A stretch of DNA of 64,000 nucleotides from an uncultured Pseudomonadota bacterium (GTDB taxonomy: Bacteria; Oederibacteriota; Muellerivitia; Muellerivitales; Muellerivitaceae): contig CAWJKT010000001.1 in NCBI GenBank assembly GCA_963843375.1, positions 198,445 through 262,444 of the forward strand, written 5' to 3'. Both the position numbers and the translations under genes were made by a program. Shown piece by piece: positions 20,329 through 32,291 of this stretch (the first letter of the stretch is position 1; the number at the start of each line of letters is the position of its first letter). The notes under the pieces were generated by a model that saw only the letters and a list, made by a program, of their open reading frames with translations, was not told the origin of the DNA and did no database searches.

Positions 20329-20491
20329 CTCTCTCTGGTTTGGGGGTGCCTCAGGCCGGATTTAAGCCTCTCTCGCTTTATCGATCATCCGGAAATCGGG
20401 TAATCGTGCCTCTCTTTCACCCAAGCTTTTCCAGAAAACACTTAAAATGGTAGGGTTTTTAATTAATTCTGAGGGTTGGAGCAAGGTTGGT

Positions 20492-20520
20492 TTGACGGAT
20501 GGCCGACTTTCCTGTAAAAT
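20492..20520 (+). promoter_or_regulatory. Candidate sigma-70 promoter for efp
   Basis: TTGACG (20492-20497), a 17-nt spacer, then TAAAAT (20515-20520), about 110 nt upstream of the efp ATG. Based on sequence pattern only. Confidence 0.4.
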
Positions 20521-20630
20521 GCCGCCTCTTTTGGCTCAAAAACCATTAAAAATAAGGGTTTTTACGACTTTTTGACTAAATATGCCTATTAAATAAGGGT
20601 TTTTCCCCTATTCATCTTGGAGGATTTTAA

Positions 20631-21188
20631 ATGCTTACCGTTATGGATCTACGGGCAGGGAATCTGTGTGAATTTGATGGTGTCCTTTACCGGGTTGTCA
20701 ATTTTCAACATGTAAAGCCCGGTAAAGGCGGTGGTTTTGTCCGTCTAAAGATCAAGAATGTCGAGCAAGGAACTGTGACTGATAAGACCCTGGATAGTTG
20801 GGAAAAAGTAGCCGAACCCCCGGTTGAAGAAAAGGAAATGCAGTACATGTATAAGCAAGGCGATAAGTTCGTATTCATGGACACCGAAACCTATGAACAA
20901 TTGGAACTAACCGAGGAAGAAGTCGGGGAAGGGTACCAATGGCTCAAGGACGAGATGAATATCGAAGTGCTTTTCTATAGAGACCGTCCCATCAGTGTAA
21001 AACTGCCCATTACCGTGAACTTGAAAATCATCTCCTCGGAACCCGGAATCAAGGGCGACCGGGTATCGGGGGCCAGCAAACCCGCCACGCTCGAGAGCGG
21101 AGCCACCATCCAGGTTCCTCTTTTTGTTAAAGAAGGGGATGTCATCAAGGTTGATACCAGAACCGGGGAATATTTAGAAAGAGTTTGA
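20631..21188 (+). CDS. efp: Elongation factor P
   Basis: 185 aa. The KPGKGGGFVRLKIKN loop and overall EF-P pattern are present, and GGAGG precedes the ATG. Confidence 0.95.
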   Translation: MLTVMDLRAGNLCEFDGVLYRVVNFQHVKPGKGGGFVRLKIKNVEQGTVTDKTLDSWEKVAEPPVEEKEMQYMYKQGDKFVFMDTETYEQLELTEEEVGEGYQWLKDEMNIEVLFYRDRPISVKLPITVNLKIISSEPGIKGDRVSGASKPATLESGATIQVPLFVKEGDVIKVDTRTGEYLERV

Positions 21189-21235
21189 ATTCCCCCAACC
21201 GTCGTCCAGCCGTTGTGTTAGAAAGGAGACATTGA

Positions 21236-21805
21236 ATGTCGACTAGCCCGGAAAAGAACGAAGGGTCCAAGCCGGAAAAGAAGAAAAAAGCCGAATCCGC
21301 CCCGATTAAAAAAATAAAAGTCAGTTCCAGACTTTCCATCGTCCAGGATGTCATCGCCTTGATGAATGAAGCGGACATCTCCGAACTCAGTTTCGAGCAG
21401 GGGGACATCAAGGTCCATCTTCGCCGGGGGCCGGGAATGCCTTTCGCCACCACCATGGTTCCTTCAGTGGTTTCCACCGTACCCGTCGCGGCTTCCGTTG
21501 CTCCTGCCACGGGTGTTCCGGCGGCAACGTCGGCCGGTGGCGCAACCGCCGCGACGCCGGACAATGGCGCTACCTTGAATTCTCCAATGGTTGGAACCTT
21601 TTATCGCGCCTCATCCCCGGACTCGAAACCTTTCATTGAAGAAGGGGACAAGATTGCAGTGGGCCAAGTCTATTGCATCATTGAGGCCATGAAACTCATG
21701 AACGAAGTGAAGTCCGAAGTCGCCGGCAAGGTTGTCAAAATCCTCGTCCAGAATGGCCAGGCCGTCGAATTCAACCAGCCTTTAATCGTTGTTGATCCCA
21801 GTTAA
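21236..21805 (+). CDS. accB: Acetyl-CoA carboxylase biotin carboxyl carrier protein
   Basis: 189 aa. It has the C-terminal biotinyl domain with IIEAMKLMNEV. The N-terminus is Lys-rich and low-complexity (EKNEGSKPEKKKKAESAPIKKIK). Confidence 0.9.
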   Translation: MSTSPEKNEGSKPEKKKKAESAPIKKIKVSSRLSIVQDVIALMNEADISELSFEQGDIKVHLRRGPGMPFATTMVPSVVSTVPVAASVAPATGVPAATSAGGATAATPDNGATLNSPMVGTFYRASSPDSKPFIEEGDKIAVGQVYCIIEAMKLMNEVKSEVAGKVVKILVQNGQAVEFNQPLIVVDPS

Positions 21806-21884
21806 AGACAATTCGCAGGTACAGCCCAACGTTCGCAGTCTGGCTTGAAGGCGAACAGTAAACGGCTTTTGAGAAAAGGAAATC

Positions 21885-23255
21885 ATGTTTAACAAGATAC
21901 TCATCGCCAACCGGGGGGAGATTGCCCTTCGCATCATCCGGGCCTGTAAAGAACTCGGGATAAAGACAGTGGCTGTTTATTCCCAAGCCGACGCCGAGTC
22001 CCTGCACGTTCACCTGGCGGATGAGAGCGTCTGCATCGGGAAGCCTTCCAGCAAGGAAAGTTATCTCAATATTCCAGCGCTCATCAGCGCGGCGGAAATC
22101 ACCGATGCCGAGGCCATCCATCCTGGTTACGGTTTCTTAGCCGAGAACGCCCACTTCGCGGAAGTTTGCGCCAGTTGCCAGATCAAATTCATCGGGCCCA
22201 AACCTGAAGTCATGCGATTGATGGGTGACAAAGTGGCCGCTATCCGGACGGCGAAAAAGGCGGGGACTCCCACCACCCCCGGGAGCGACGGCGCGGTGAA
22301 GAATGAAAAACAGGCGCTGGCCGTGGCCAAGTTGATCAAGTATCCGGTAATCATCAAGGCTTCTGCGGGTGGCGGTGGAAAGGGAATGCGTGTCGCCCAC
22401 ACGGATATTTCCCTGACGCAGGCCTTTCAAACGGCACGTGCCGAGGCCGAAGCGGCTTTCGGTAATCCCGAGGTTTACATTGAGAAATATATTGAGGAAC
22501 CCAGGCACATCGAGGTTCAAATACTGGGCGATGAGTACGGCCACATCATGCATTTAGGTGAGAGGGATTGTACGATTCAGCGGTCTCACCAAAAACTCAT
22601 TGAGGAAGCACCCTCCCCGGTTTTGACAACCCGGCAACGCAAAAAGGTGGGGAAATACGCCCTTAAATTAGCGAAAGAAGTGAAATACACCTCCGCTGGA
22701 ACCATTGAGTTCCTCATGGATAAGCATGGTGACTTTTACTTCATGGAAATGAATACTCGCGTTCAGGTTGAGCATCCCGTCACCGAATTGACTACCGGGG
22801 TGGATATTATTAAAGAGCAGATCAAAATCGCCGCGGGTGAAAAACTATCCATGGGCAAGGACGTCTTGGAACCCCGGGGACATTCCATTGAATGCCGCAT
22901 CAACGCCGAAGATCCGGATGACAACTTCCGCCCATCGCCCGGTACGATCACGACCTATCACGTTCCGGGGGGGCCAGGGGTGCGAGTGGATACCCATCTT
23001 TATCAGGGGTACAAGGTCCCGCCTTATTACGATTCAATGCTGGCCAAGATCATCGTCCATGCCCCCGACCGTCCCCAAGCCATCCGGCGGATGGTGAGGG
23101 CTTTGGACGAACTGGTGGTGGAAGGCATCCATACCACAACTGATTTTCTGAAGGTCATTTTGGAGAGTGAATCTTTCAAACGGGGAAATTATTCCACCCA
23201 CTTCGTTGAAAAATTCATGAAGAGCAAGAAGGATAAAGGCGAAGAGAAAAAGTAA
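21885..23255 (+). CDS. accC: Acetyl-CoA carboxylase biotin carboxylase subunit
   Basis: 456 aa. It starts [26 protein letters not shown] and carries the ATP-grasp motifs ([23 protein letters not shown]). Confidence 0.95.
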   Translation: MFNKILIANRGEIALRIIRACKELGIKTVAVYSQADAESLHVHLADESVCIGKPSSKESYLNIPALISAAEITDAEAIHPGYGFLAENAHFAEVCASCQIKFIGPKPEVMRLMGDKVAAIRTAKKAGTPTTPGSDGAVKNEKQALAVAKLIKYPVIIKASAGGGGKGMRVAHTDISLTQAFQTARAEAEAAFGNPEVYIEKYIEEPRHIEVQILGDEYGHIMHLGERDCTIQRSHQKLIEEAPSPVLTTRQRKKVGKYALKLAKEVKYTSAGTIEFLMDKHGDFYFMEMNTRVQVEHPVTELTTGVDIIKEQIKIAAGEKLSMGKDVLEPRGHSIECRINAEDPDDNFRPSPGTITTYHVPGGPGVRVDTHLYQGYKVPPYYDSMLAKIIVHAPDRPQAIRRMVRALDELVVEGIHTTTDFLKVILESESFKRGNYSTHFVEKFMKSKKDKGEEKK

Positions 23256-23285
23256 AAGACGATCAATTTTCGATGCTGATGGGCG

Positions 23286-24386
23286 ATGTTCGAGGATAAA
23301 GAAAAGCTTGGTTTGGAGAATAAAGTGAAGATTACAGTATATTTCGATCCCAAAGACGTGAAGCCGACGGTTGTTCAAAACGCTACGGTCGTATTAGCCG
23401 ATGTTCTTCGAGCTTCTACCACCATTGCGGTTTATCTTTACCATGGCGCCGCTGGCGTAGCCCTTTGCTCCGACCCCGGGGCGGCTAAAAAAATATTTGA
23501 AAAGCAAAAGCGCGGGGAAGGCCTTTTGGCCGGAGAACGCGACTGGGATAAGATACCCGGTTTTCACCTGGGCGGCTCACCCCTGGATTCAAGCCGCGAA
23601 AAAGTAAAAGACCGGGTTGTGGCCTTTAGCACTCCCACACCGTTGAAAATTGTTAAAAACGCCAAGCATGTGGTAATGGGTTCTTTCGTCAATTTGGATG
23701 ATGTTTATGATTCCTGTCTTCGAGGAAAACGGGATGTGGTGATCGTTTGCGCCGGAGGTCCGGAAGATTCGGCTTTCGCCGGAATGCTGGCTGATTTCCT
23801 CCAGAACACCTTGAGCTCCACACCTATCCTATTAGCAGAAAGCGCCAAGGAAGCGGTGGCACTTTATAAGCCCTGGCAGGGTAGGATCGTGGATCTTTTG
23901 AGGGAATCGCCGGAAGGAAAATCCCTTGTTCAAAAGGGCTTCGCCAAAGACCTGGATTTTGCCGCCAAGGTCAGTCGTACCTCCGCTGTTCCCTATTTGA
24001 AAGACGATTTGTTTTTGAAGGAGGACACTCCCAAGCGGAAGTGGCTGGAAGACGCTAAAAAACCTACCACTCCCCAGAAGGGCAAGTCCATCAAGATTAC
24101 CGCGCCCCTATTCCCCAAAAATCCCGAGCATCCGGTTCCGGGAGCTGAAAAGGGTGGCAAAAAGGGAGCCTCGGTAGCGGACGCCAAAAAGCACGAAGAG
24201 AAAAAAGGGGACGAGAAAAAGCACTCCGATAAAAAAGTGGATAAGAAGGCGGATAAAACCGCGGCAGCCCCCAAGAAGGCCGAGGTAAAAGGGACCCTTG
24301 TGAAACCCAAGAAAGTTCCCAAACCTATGTTCAGCAAAAAAACGGTGGCGAACGCTCCGGTTAAGATGATCCGGAAAGAACGATAA
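23286..24386 (+). CDS. 2-phosphosulfolactate phosphatase (ComB)-family domain fused to a ~130-aa Lys/Pro/Ala-rich C-terminal tail
   Basis: 366 aa. The N-terminal ~235 aa carry VVLADVLRASTTIAV and LAGERDWDKIPGFHLGGSPLD (ComB family). The C-terminus is low-complexity: KKGASVADAKKHEEKKGDEKKHSDKKVDKKADKTAAAPKKAEVKGTLVKPKKVPKP. Confidence 0.7.
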   Translation: MFEDKEKLGLENKVKITVYFDPKDVKPTVVQNATVVLADVLRASTTIAVYLYHGAAGVALCSDPGAAKKIFEKQKRGEGLLAGERDWDKIPGFHLGGSPLDSSREKVKDRVVAFSTPTPLKIVKNAKHVVMGSFVNLDDVYDSCLRGKRDVVIVCAGGPEDSAFAGMLADFLQNTLSSTPILLAESAKEAVALYKPWQGRIVDLLRESPEGKSLVQKGFAKDLDFAAKVSRTSAVPYLKDDLFLKEDTPKRKWLEDAKKPTTPQKGKSIKITAPLFPKNPEHPVPGAEKGGKKGASVADAKKHEEKKGDEKKHSDKKVDKKADKTAAAPKKAEVKGTLVKPKKVPKPMFSKKTVANAPVKMIRKER

Positions 24387-24425
24387 TCGAAAGCACGGGA
24401 TAGATAGCTTCCTGAGGCGGTTTTC

Positions 24426-24851
24426 ATGAAATCCCAGCCCGCAAATGTAGGGGTATTGAGGGCGCTTGATGCTAATTGCAATCGGGCGCGAGAGGGTTTT
24501 CGAGTCGCAGAGGACGTGGCCCGTTTCGTCCTTGATGATTACAAACTTTTGATCCGATTAAAAAAACTTCGCCATGGAATCACTAGCGCTGAGAAATCCC
24601 TGTTCCAATCCAACGAAATACGCCAGGCCGCCCGAAATGTGGAAAAAGACCTGGGTCGTGGAAACAAAGAAAAAAACGAAAAAATTCGATCCACGCCCCA
24701 GGAACTTTTAAAGGCTAATCTCAAACGGGCCCAGGAAGCCTTGAGATCCTTGGAAGAGTTCTCCAAACTGTTAAAACATCCGGCTTGCGCTCATTTCAAG
24801 AAACTGCGCTACGAATGTTATAAGATTGAAGAGGAGCTCAACCTAGGGTGA
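24426..24851 (+). CDS. Small helical protein resembling the domain found N-terminal to some thiamine-phosphate synthases (ThiD2-like); function uncertain
   Basis: 141 aa. RALDANCNRAREGFRVAEDVARFVLDD and LRHGI match my recollection of the ThiE-associated N-terminal domain. Its position directly upstream of thiC supports a thiamine link. Confidence 0.45.
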   Translation: MKSQPANVGVLRALDANCNRAREGFRVAEDVARFVLDDYKLLIRLKKLRHGITSAEKSLFQSNEIRQAARNVEKDLGRGNKEKNEKIRSTPQELLKANLKRAQEALRSLEEFSKLLKHPACAHFKKLRYECYKIEEELNLG

Positions 24852-24897
24852 TTGGTTGCAATCCCCTGTAGCCATCGGTATGCTGTCTTATTAATAA

Positions 24898-26841
<1,944 letters not shown>

Positions 26842-26860
26842 ATAGAATTTGGGATAAATA

Positions 26861-26897
26861 AAAAAGGCCGCTTTCCAAAAGGAGAGCGGCCTTTTTT
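26861..26897. terminator. Bidirectional rho-independent terminator between convergent thiC and the ferredoxin gene
   Basis: AAAAAGGCCGCT-ttccaaaaggag-AGCGGCCTTTTTT: a GC-rich stem flanked by an A-run and a T-run. Confidence 0.7.
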
Positions 26898-26909
26898 GCT
26901 TCTAGAAAC

Positions 26910-27227
26910 TTAGTTGACGAGTTTGTTTACATCGGGACGCTTCGGCGGATCATTCGCCGGGCGGGTTGGCACCGGAGGATTGTTTTTGAAAGTGGGGGCC
27001 AATTCGGCATTGATCTTTCCGTACTCCGGATCTTTGTCCACGCCTTCCACGATTGCGCCGATTGGGCATGCGGAATAGCAACTGGTGCACTCAGTGCACT
27101 CTTCGGGGTTAATAATCATGAAGGGCTGACCCTTATATTCCCCGGGATGAATACAATTCACGGGACATACATCTACGCATTGGGCATAAACCTCACCTAA
27201 GCACTTCTCGGTAATGACATACGGCAT
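26910..27227 (-). CDS. Ferredoxin (7Fe/2x[4Fe-4S]-type)
   Basis: MPYVITEKCLGEVYAQCVDVCPVNCIH … CTECTSCYSACPIGAI. The track ORF extends to 27242, but MPYVIT is the canonical start. Confidence 0.85.
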   Translation of the reverse strand: MPYVITEKCLGEVYAQCVDVCPVNCIHPGEYKGQPFMIINPEECTECTSCYSACPIGAIVEGVDKDPEYGKINAELAPTFKNNPPVPTRPANDPPKRPDVNKLVN

Positions 27228-27517
27228 GACTTCCTCCTTCAAGATTCACTCTCCCATGCTCGGGAGGGGTCTGGCTTCTTCTGTTCCTAAAAAAGCTTGG
27301 GTAGTTTAGAAGAGAGAAGCTTTCTTTCGCAAGACCATTTTTGATTTTTTTGGGCTTAAATGGGGTCTTTACGAGACTTTAACTGAATGGTAGTTTGAGG
27401 GAGCCGAATAGGTTTCACTTATGCCTTTCGGCTCATTTATTCGAACTTACCTAGCTGTGACATTGAAAGCTTATCGGGTCAGCCTTAAATTTTTCCCATC
27501 AAACCAAGGCGAGCCCT

Positions 27518-28687
27518 ATGAAAGAAAACATGGCTAACAAAAAAGATTATTACGATTTACTGGGTGTTTCCAAAACCGCTTCAGCCGATGACCTGAAAAA
27601 GGCCTATCGGAACATGGCTAAAAAGTATCATCCTGACGCTAACCCCAACAATAAGGAATCTGAGGAAAGGTTTAAGGAAATAAACGAAGCTTACGAGGTC
27701 TTGTCCGATCCCCAAAAGAAAAACGCCTATGATCAATTTGGACATGCGGGAGTAGGTGCGGGTGGACCCGGGGGCTTCAGTGGCGGTGGATTCCGATCGC
27801 AGGATTTCGGGAATGCCGCGGATTTTGAGGACATCTTCGGTGACGTTTTCAGCAATTTCTTCGGAGGCAGCCAGCCGGGGCGGGGGGGCCGTGGAACGCA
27901 AGCGCAGGAAGGTGATGATCTTCGTTTTGACTTAAATCTTTCGTTCGAAGAAGCGGCTTTCGGAACAACGAAAGAAATTAAAGTTCAAAAATTATCTACA
28001 TGCGAGTCCTGCCATGGTTCAGGGGCGAAGCCCGGTTCGGGAAGAGTGGTATGCCCGACGTGCAAAGGGGTTGGCCAGATTCGATCGACCCAAGGTTTTT
28101 TTACTATCGCCCGCACTTGCACCCGTTGCGGGGGTCAAGGTGAAATGCCGGGAAGCCCCTGTCCAACTTGCCATGGGCATGGCCGGTTGGAAAAAGAAAA
28201 AGTAATTTCCGTAAAGGTTCCCCCTGGAGTGGATGAAGGTTCAAGATTGCGTTTAAGGAGTGAGGGCGAAGCGGGGTTGAATGGGGGAACAGCGGGGGAT
28301 CTTTATGTTTTCCTTCACGTGGAGGCCCATGATTTTTTTGAAAGAGACGGCAGCGACCTCCACTGCGAAATTCCTATTTCGTTCGTTCAGGCTGCTCTTG
28401 GAACTGAAATCGAAGTGCCTACTCTGGAAGGCCCGGTCAAAATGAAAATTCCGGCCGGAACCCAATCGGGAAAAGTTTTTCGCTTGAGGGAAAAAGGTCT
28501 CAAGAGCCCTCAAAGCGCGAATGTCGGCGATTTGTTGGTGGCGGTGACCGTGGAAACGCCAACCGACTTGAATTCCAAACAAAAAAAAATGCTGGAAGAA
28601 TTCGAAGCTCTTTCAAATGAAAGCAACACCCCTCAAATTTCAAAATTCATGAACCGAATGAAAAATCTTTTTGCGCGAAAAAAATAA
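27518..28687 (+). CDS. dnaJ: Molecular chaperone DnaJ
   Basis: 389 aa. It has a J-domain with HPD, a Gly/Phe-rich linker and four CxxCxGxG zinc-finger repeats. Confidence 0.95.
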   Translation: MKENMANKKDYYDLLGVSKTASADDLKKAYRNMAKKYHPDANPNNKESEERFKEINEAYEVLSDPQKKNAYDQFGHAGVGAGGPGGFSGGGFRSQDFGNAADFEDIFGDVFSNFFGGSQPGRGGRGTQAQEGDDLRFDLNLSFEEAAFGTTKEIKVQKLSTCESCHGSGAKPGSGRVVCPTCKGVGQIRSTQGFFTIARTCTRCGGQGEMPGSPCPTCHGHGRLEKEKVISVKVPPGVDEGSRLRLRSEGEAGLNGGTAGDLYVFLHVEAHDFFERDGSDLHCEIPISFVQAALGTEIEVPTLEGPVKMKIPAGTQSGKVFRLREKGLKSPQSANVGDLLVAVTVETPTDLNSKQKKMLEEFEALSNESNTPQISKFMNRMKNLFARKK

Positions 28688-28735
28688 TTTTTTAAAGAAG
28701 ATTAAGTTTTCGATCTTAAATAAAGGCTTGATGAA

Positions 28736-29485
28736 ATGAGCTTTATACCAAGGCTTTTCTTGCCAATGGTTCCCGAAAACCAGCAGGAAATCACTTTGGA
28801 TGAATCGGCTTCGCGATATCTGGTCAAGGTGCTTCGCTTTACCAAAGGATCGATCTTTAAAGGATTTGATTCCCAAGGCCGGCAGTATGATTTGGCCTTG
28901 AAAGAGACAGATGCAAAACAAGCCATTGCTTCCGTCGTAGCTCGCCACGAAAAAAATTCGATTAGCGCGGGTGTTTTTGTCGCATTGGGGCAAAGTTTGC
29001 CAAAAGCCGGGAAAATGGACTTGATCCTCCGGCAAGCCACCGAAGCGGGTGTAAACCGCTTTATTCCCCTTGTGACGCAAAGAAGCATTTCGCGACCGAA
29101 TGTTGCCCAATACGATCACAAAATCGATCGATGGCAAAAAATTTTAAAGGAAGCTTGCAGACAAAGCGGGAGGAACGACGTTCCTAAATTAGATTCGGTG
29201 GCTGATTGGTCAGAAGCCTTGAAATTGTTCGGTGAATTCGATCAGGTTTTATTACCGTACGAAAAGGAAGCCCCAACATTAAAAACGGTATTGGTTTCAA
29301 ATCCTTCTGCGGTAAAAATTTTAGTTTTGGTAGGGCCTGAGGGAGGGTGGGCAAAAGAAGAAGTGCGCGAAGCCGAGGAAAAGGGAGCCGCACCGGTGCA
29401 TTTACCAACACCTATCCTTAGAACTGAAACCGCAGGGATCGCTATCGTTTCAATGATTCGATTTTTTTACACCTCATCACCGTAA
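28736..29485 (+). CDS. rsmE: 16S rRNA (uracil1498-N3)-methyltransferase
   Basis: 249 aa. It has an RsmE-like N-terminal PUA-type region and a C-terminal SPOUT motif (LVGPEGGW…E…LPTPILRTETA). Confidence 0.85.
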   Translation: MSFIPRLFLPMVPENQQEITLDESASRYLVKVLRFTKGSIFKGFDSQGRQYDLALKETDAKQAIASVVARHEKNSISAGVFVALGQSLPKAGKMDLILRQATEAGVNRFIPLVTQRSISRPNVAQYDHKIDRWQKILKEACRQSGRNDVPKLDSVADWSEALKLFGEFDQVLLPYEKEAPTLKTVLVSNPSAVKILVLVGPEGGWAKEEVREAEEKGAAPVHLPTPILRTETAGIAIVSMIRFFYTSSP

Positions 29486-29493
29486 AGGCCCAA

Positions 29494-30372
29494 ATGAAAC
29501 TTCTTAAACTTCAAGGAAACCATGGCATTAAAGGCGCCGATCATTTGGTTTTTATCCTTGGTCATCCCCTAGGACATACCCTTTCCCCTCTCATGCACAA
29601 CGCGGCATTTCGAGCCGTGGGGCTGCCTTGGTTTTATGCCCCATTGGATATCGCCTTAAGTGAAATTAAAAAAGGAATGGAAATTCTCCTTTCCCCCAAC
29701 GTTTATGGTGCCAATATTACGGTTCCTTATAAAGAAACGGTGATGCCATATTTGGACCAGGTTGAAAAAGAGGCCCAGTGGTTAGGCTCGGTCAACACAA
29801 TCTATCGTAGAGAGAAAAAGATTATTGGAACTTCCACTGATGGTGAGGGTTTTTTAAGATCCTTGGGCGATTGGCGGAAAAAACTTCGAGGTTCAAGGGG
29901 TTTGTTGATAGGCGCCGGAGGCGCAGCTAAGGCTGTCGCGGGCGCTTTGGCCCAATCGGGCGTAAAGGAATTTTATATCGCCAACCGATCTCCAGAGAGA
30001 GCTGCGCAGTTGGTTCGAATACTTTTAAAACACTATCCCAGTCTTAAAATAGGCACTGTTTCCCTGAAAGAGGGGGAAAATATTTTGACTCGGTGTGATT
30101 GGGTGGTTCAGGCAACAGCTGTTGGTCTAAAGGAAAAGGATACTTCTTTAATATCTCTTAAGGGCGCTCGAAAAGAGACCTTGGTGATTGACCTTATCTA
30201 TCACCGAGAGACAAATTTCTTGAAAGAGGCCCATCGTCGTCGGTTACCAAATTTAAGCGGGATAGGAATGCTTTTGCACCAAGGCGCTCTTTCTTTCGAG
30301 TGTTGGACCGGGGAAAAGGCCCCATTGACGGTGATGCATAAGGTCTTGATGAACCATTTGGCATCCCGGTAA
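29494..30372 (+). CDS. aroE: Shikimate dehydrogenase
   Basis: 292 aa. Motifs: GHPLGHTLSPLMHNAAF, NITVPYKE and GAGGAAKAV. Confidence 0.85.
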   Translation: MKLLKLQGNHGIKGADHLVFILGHPLGHTLSPLMHNAAFRAVGLPWFYAPLDIALSEIKKGMEILLSPNVYGANITVPYKETVMPYLDQVEKEAQWLGSVNTIYRREKKIIGTSTDGEGFLRSLGDWRKKLRGSRGLLIGAGGAAKAVAGALAQSGVKEFYIANRSPERAAQLVRILLKHYPSLKIGTVSLKEGENILTRCDWVVQATAVGLKEKDTSLISLKGARKETLVIDLIYHRETNFLKEAHRRRLPNLSGIGMLLHQGALSFECWTGEKAPLTVMHKVLMNHLASR

Positions 30373-30401
30373 CCGTTTGGCCCAGCTTTCGGTGACAAAC
30401 G

Positions 30402-30430
30402 TTGACTTCGATTTTTTTCGATTCTATACT
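30402..30430 (+). promoter_or_regulatory. Candidate sigma-70 promoter for the pilB-pilT-pilC unit
   Basis: TTGACT (30402-30407), an exactly 17-nt spacer, then TATACT (30425-30430), 50 nt upstream of the pilB ATG. Confidence 0.5.
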
Positions 30431-30480
30431 TCTTTTGTTATGCTGGTTCTAGTCCAATTTCTACCCATCCGAGGTTTCCA

Positions 30481-32256
30481 ATGCCTGAATCCATGAAGAA
30501 ACGCCTGGGCGAAATGTTGGTGGATGAGGGCATTATCTCAGAAGAACAGCTTCAAGAAGCGCTCCACGAGCAGAAAATCAAGGGCGGCCGTCTTGAAAAA
30601 ATTCTTATTAGTCAGGGTTACGTCACCCAAGACGTAATTATGGCTTTTGTGGGAACCCAGCTTGGAATTCCTCATGTGAGTCTCATCGAAATTGGAGATA
30701 TTCCTAATGATGTTGTTTTTTCTGTTCCTGAGTCCATCGCCATTAATCATTGTTTAATCCCCATTGTTAAAAAAGACAAAAAACTTACCGTTGCCATGGC
30801 TGATCCGCTCAACGTTTTCGCTATCGATGACATCAAAATGATGACAGGTTTCGAGGTGGAACCTGCCATTGCAAGCGAAACCGAAATTAAAGCGATGCAT
30901 TCGAAATATTACGGAACCGCAGCAGGCGGCTCCGGGTCGAGCGGCGGCGGCGGGGGCGGCGAAGTCGGCGGCGACATGCAGGAAATTATCAATTCCATGG
31001 GTGGCGGCGACAACCTAGAAGTAATGGAAGAAAAAAACGAGGAGATCGATATTTCCAAGTTGGAGGCGGCCGGAGAAGACGCTCCTGTCGTGCGCTTGGT
31101 AAACCTTGTTTTAACGGAAGCCGTAAGGGCGGGAGCAAGCGATATTCATATTGAGCCTTATGAAAGGAACCTTCGTTGTCGTTACCGAATTGACGGCGTC
31201 CTTCACGAGGTGCAATCACCTCCAAAGTCTTTATCGGCAGCTATTTCTTCTCGTCTAAAGATTATGTCTTCCCTGGATATTGCCGAACGGCGTTTACCCC
31301 AAGATGGACGTATTAAAATCAAGGTTTTGGGAAAAGAAATCGACCTTCGTGTTTCCGTTTGTCCCGTTCAATTTGGTGAGAAAATAGTAATGCGTATTTT
31401 GGATTCATCGAACTTATCCTTGGATCTGCCAAAGCTGGGTTTTGAGGACGATATTTTACCCAAATTTGAAAAGGCCATTGTAGAGCCTTATGGTTTGGTT
31501 TTAGTTACCGGCCCAACGGGTTCCGGTAAGTCAACCACGCTTTATTCCGCTCTGCACTACATCAATAATCCTGATACCAATATTTCAACAATTGAAGACC
31601 CGGTGGAATATAACCTTCCAGGAATTAATCAAGTTAACGCCAAGGCAGGTATTGGATTAACTTTTGCCGCCGGATTGCGGTCCTTCTTGCGCCAGGATCC
31701 GGATGTGATCATGGTGGGAGAAATTCGCGATAAAGAAACCGCTGAAATCGCCATTAACGCTGCCTTAACTGGCCACTTGGTATTCTCGACTTTACATACC
31801 AATGATGCTCCTGGGGCCGTCACTCGCATGGGAAACATGGGTGTCGAGCCATTTCTTATTACCTCCACCGTACACTGCGTAGTTGCTCAACGTTTACTTC
31901 GACGTATTTGCAAAGATTGCAAGGAAACTTATGAGGCCCCGGATGAAGTTCTCGAAGAAATGGGAATTAATCCGAGTGTCGGGTGAAAGGGTGAACTTTG
32001 TATCGGCGGAGTGGGATGTGCGACATGTTCCAACACGGGTTATAAAGGACGTATGGCGATTCATGAAGTCATGATTTTGACGGAAGAGTTTAAAAAAGGC
32101 GTTCTGCAAAGAAAAACCGCTTCCGATCTTAAGAAAATCGCCCGGGCAGGAGGAATGCAGACTTTGAGGGAATGTGGTGTGAAGAAGGTTTTAAAAGGAA
32201 TGACGTCAGTTGAAGAACTTTTGCGTGTGGCGCACGCTGATTCGGACGAAGAATAA
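30481..32256 (+). pseudogene. pilB: Type IV pilus assembly ATPase PilB (GspE family) with an in-frame TGA at 31984-31986
   Basis: Track ORFs 30481..31986 and 32011..32256 share one frame ((32011-30481) is divisible by 3). The sequence reads …EEMGINPSVG*KGELCIGGVGCATCSNTGYKGR…. It has an N-terminal GSPII_E_N-like domain and the Walker A motif GPTGSGKSTT. The stop lies between the two CxxC pairs of the C-terminal zinc motif. Confidence 0.85.
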
Positions 32257-32291
32257 AGCAATTATATTGTAAAAGGAGACAGATAGATTTT

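Noticed and set aside
27243-27517. Heat-shock operator (CIRCE, TTAGCACTC-N9-GAGTGCTAA) or another regulatory element upstream of dnaJ; hairpin GAGCCGAA…TTCGGCTC at about 27400-27434
   Set aside because: No CIRCE-like inverted repeat is present. The 8-bp hairpin has an 18-nt loop and no T-run, so I cannot assign a function.
31984-31986. Idea that TGA is reassigned (genetic code 25/4) or encodes selenocysteine in pilB
   Set aside because: TGA clearly terminates neighbouring well-defined genes, for example pilN at 37291-37293, the GT4 gene at 15069-15071 and alaS at 63759-63761, so a global reassignment is excluded. I see no obvious SECIS-like hairpin immediately downstream, and PilB is not a known selenoprotein. 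I keep it only as a low-probability alternative to error or nonsense mutation.
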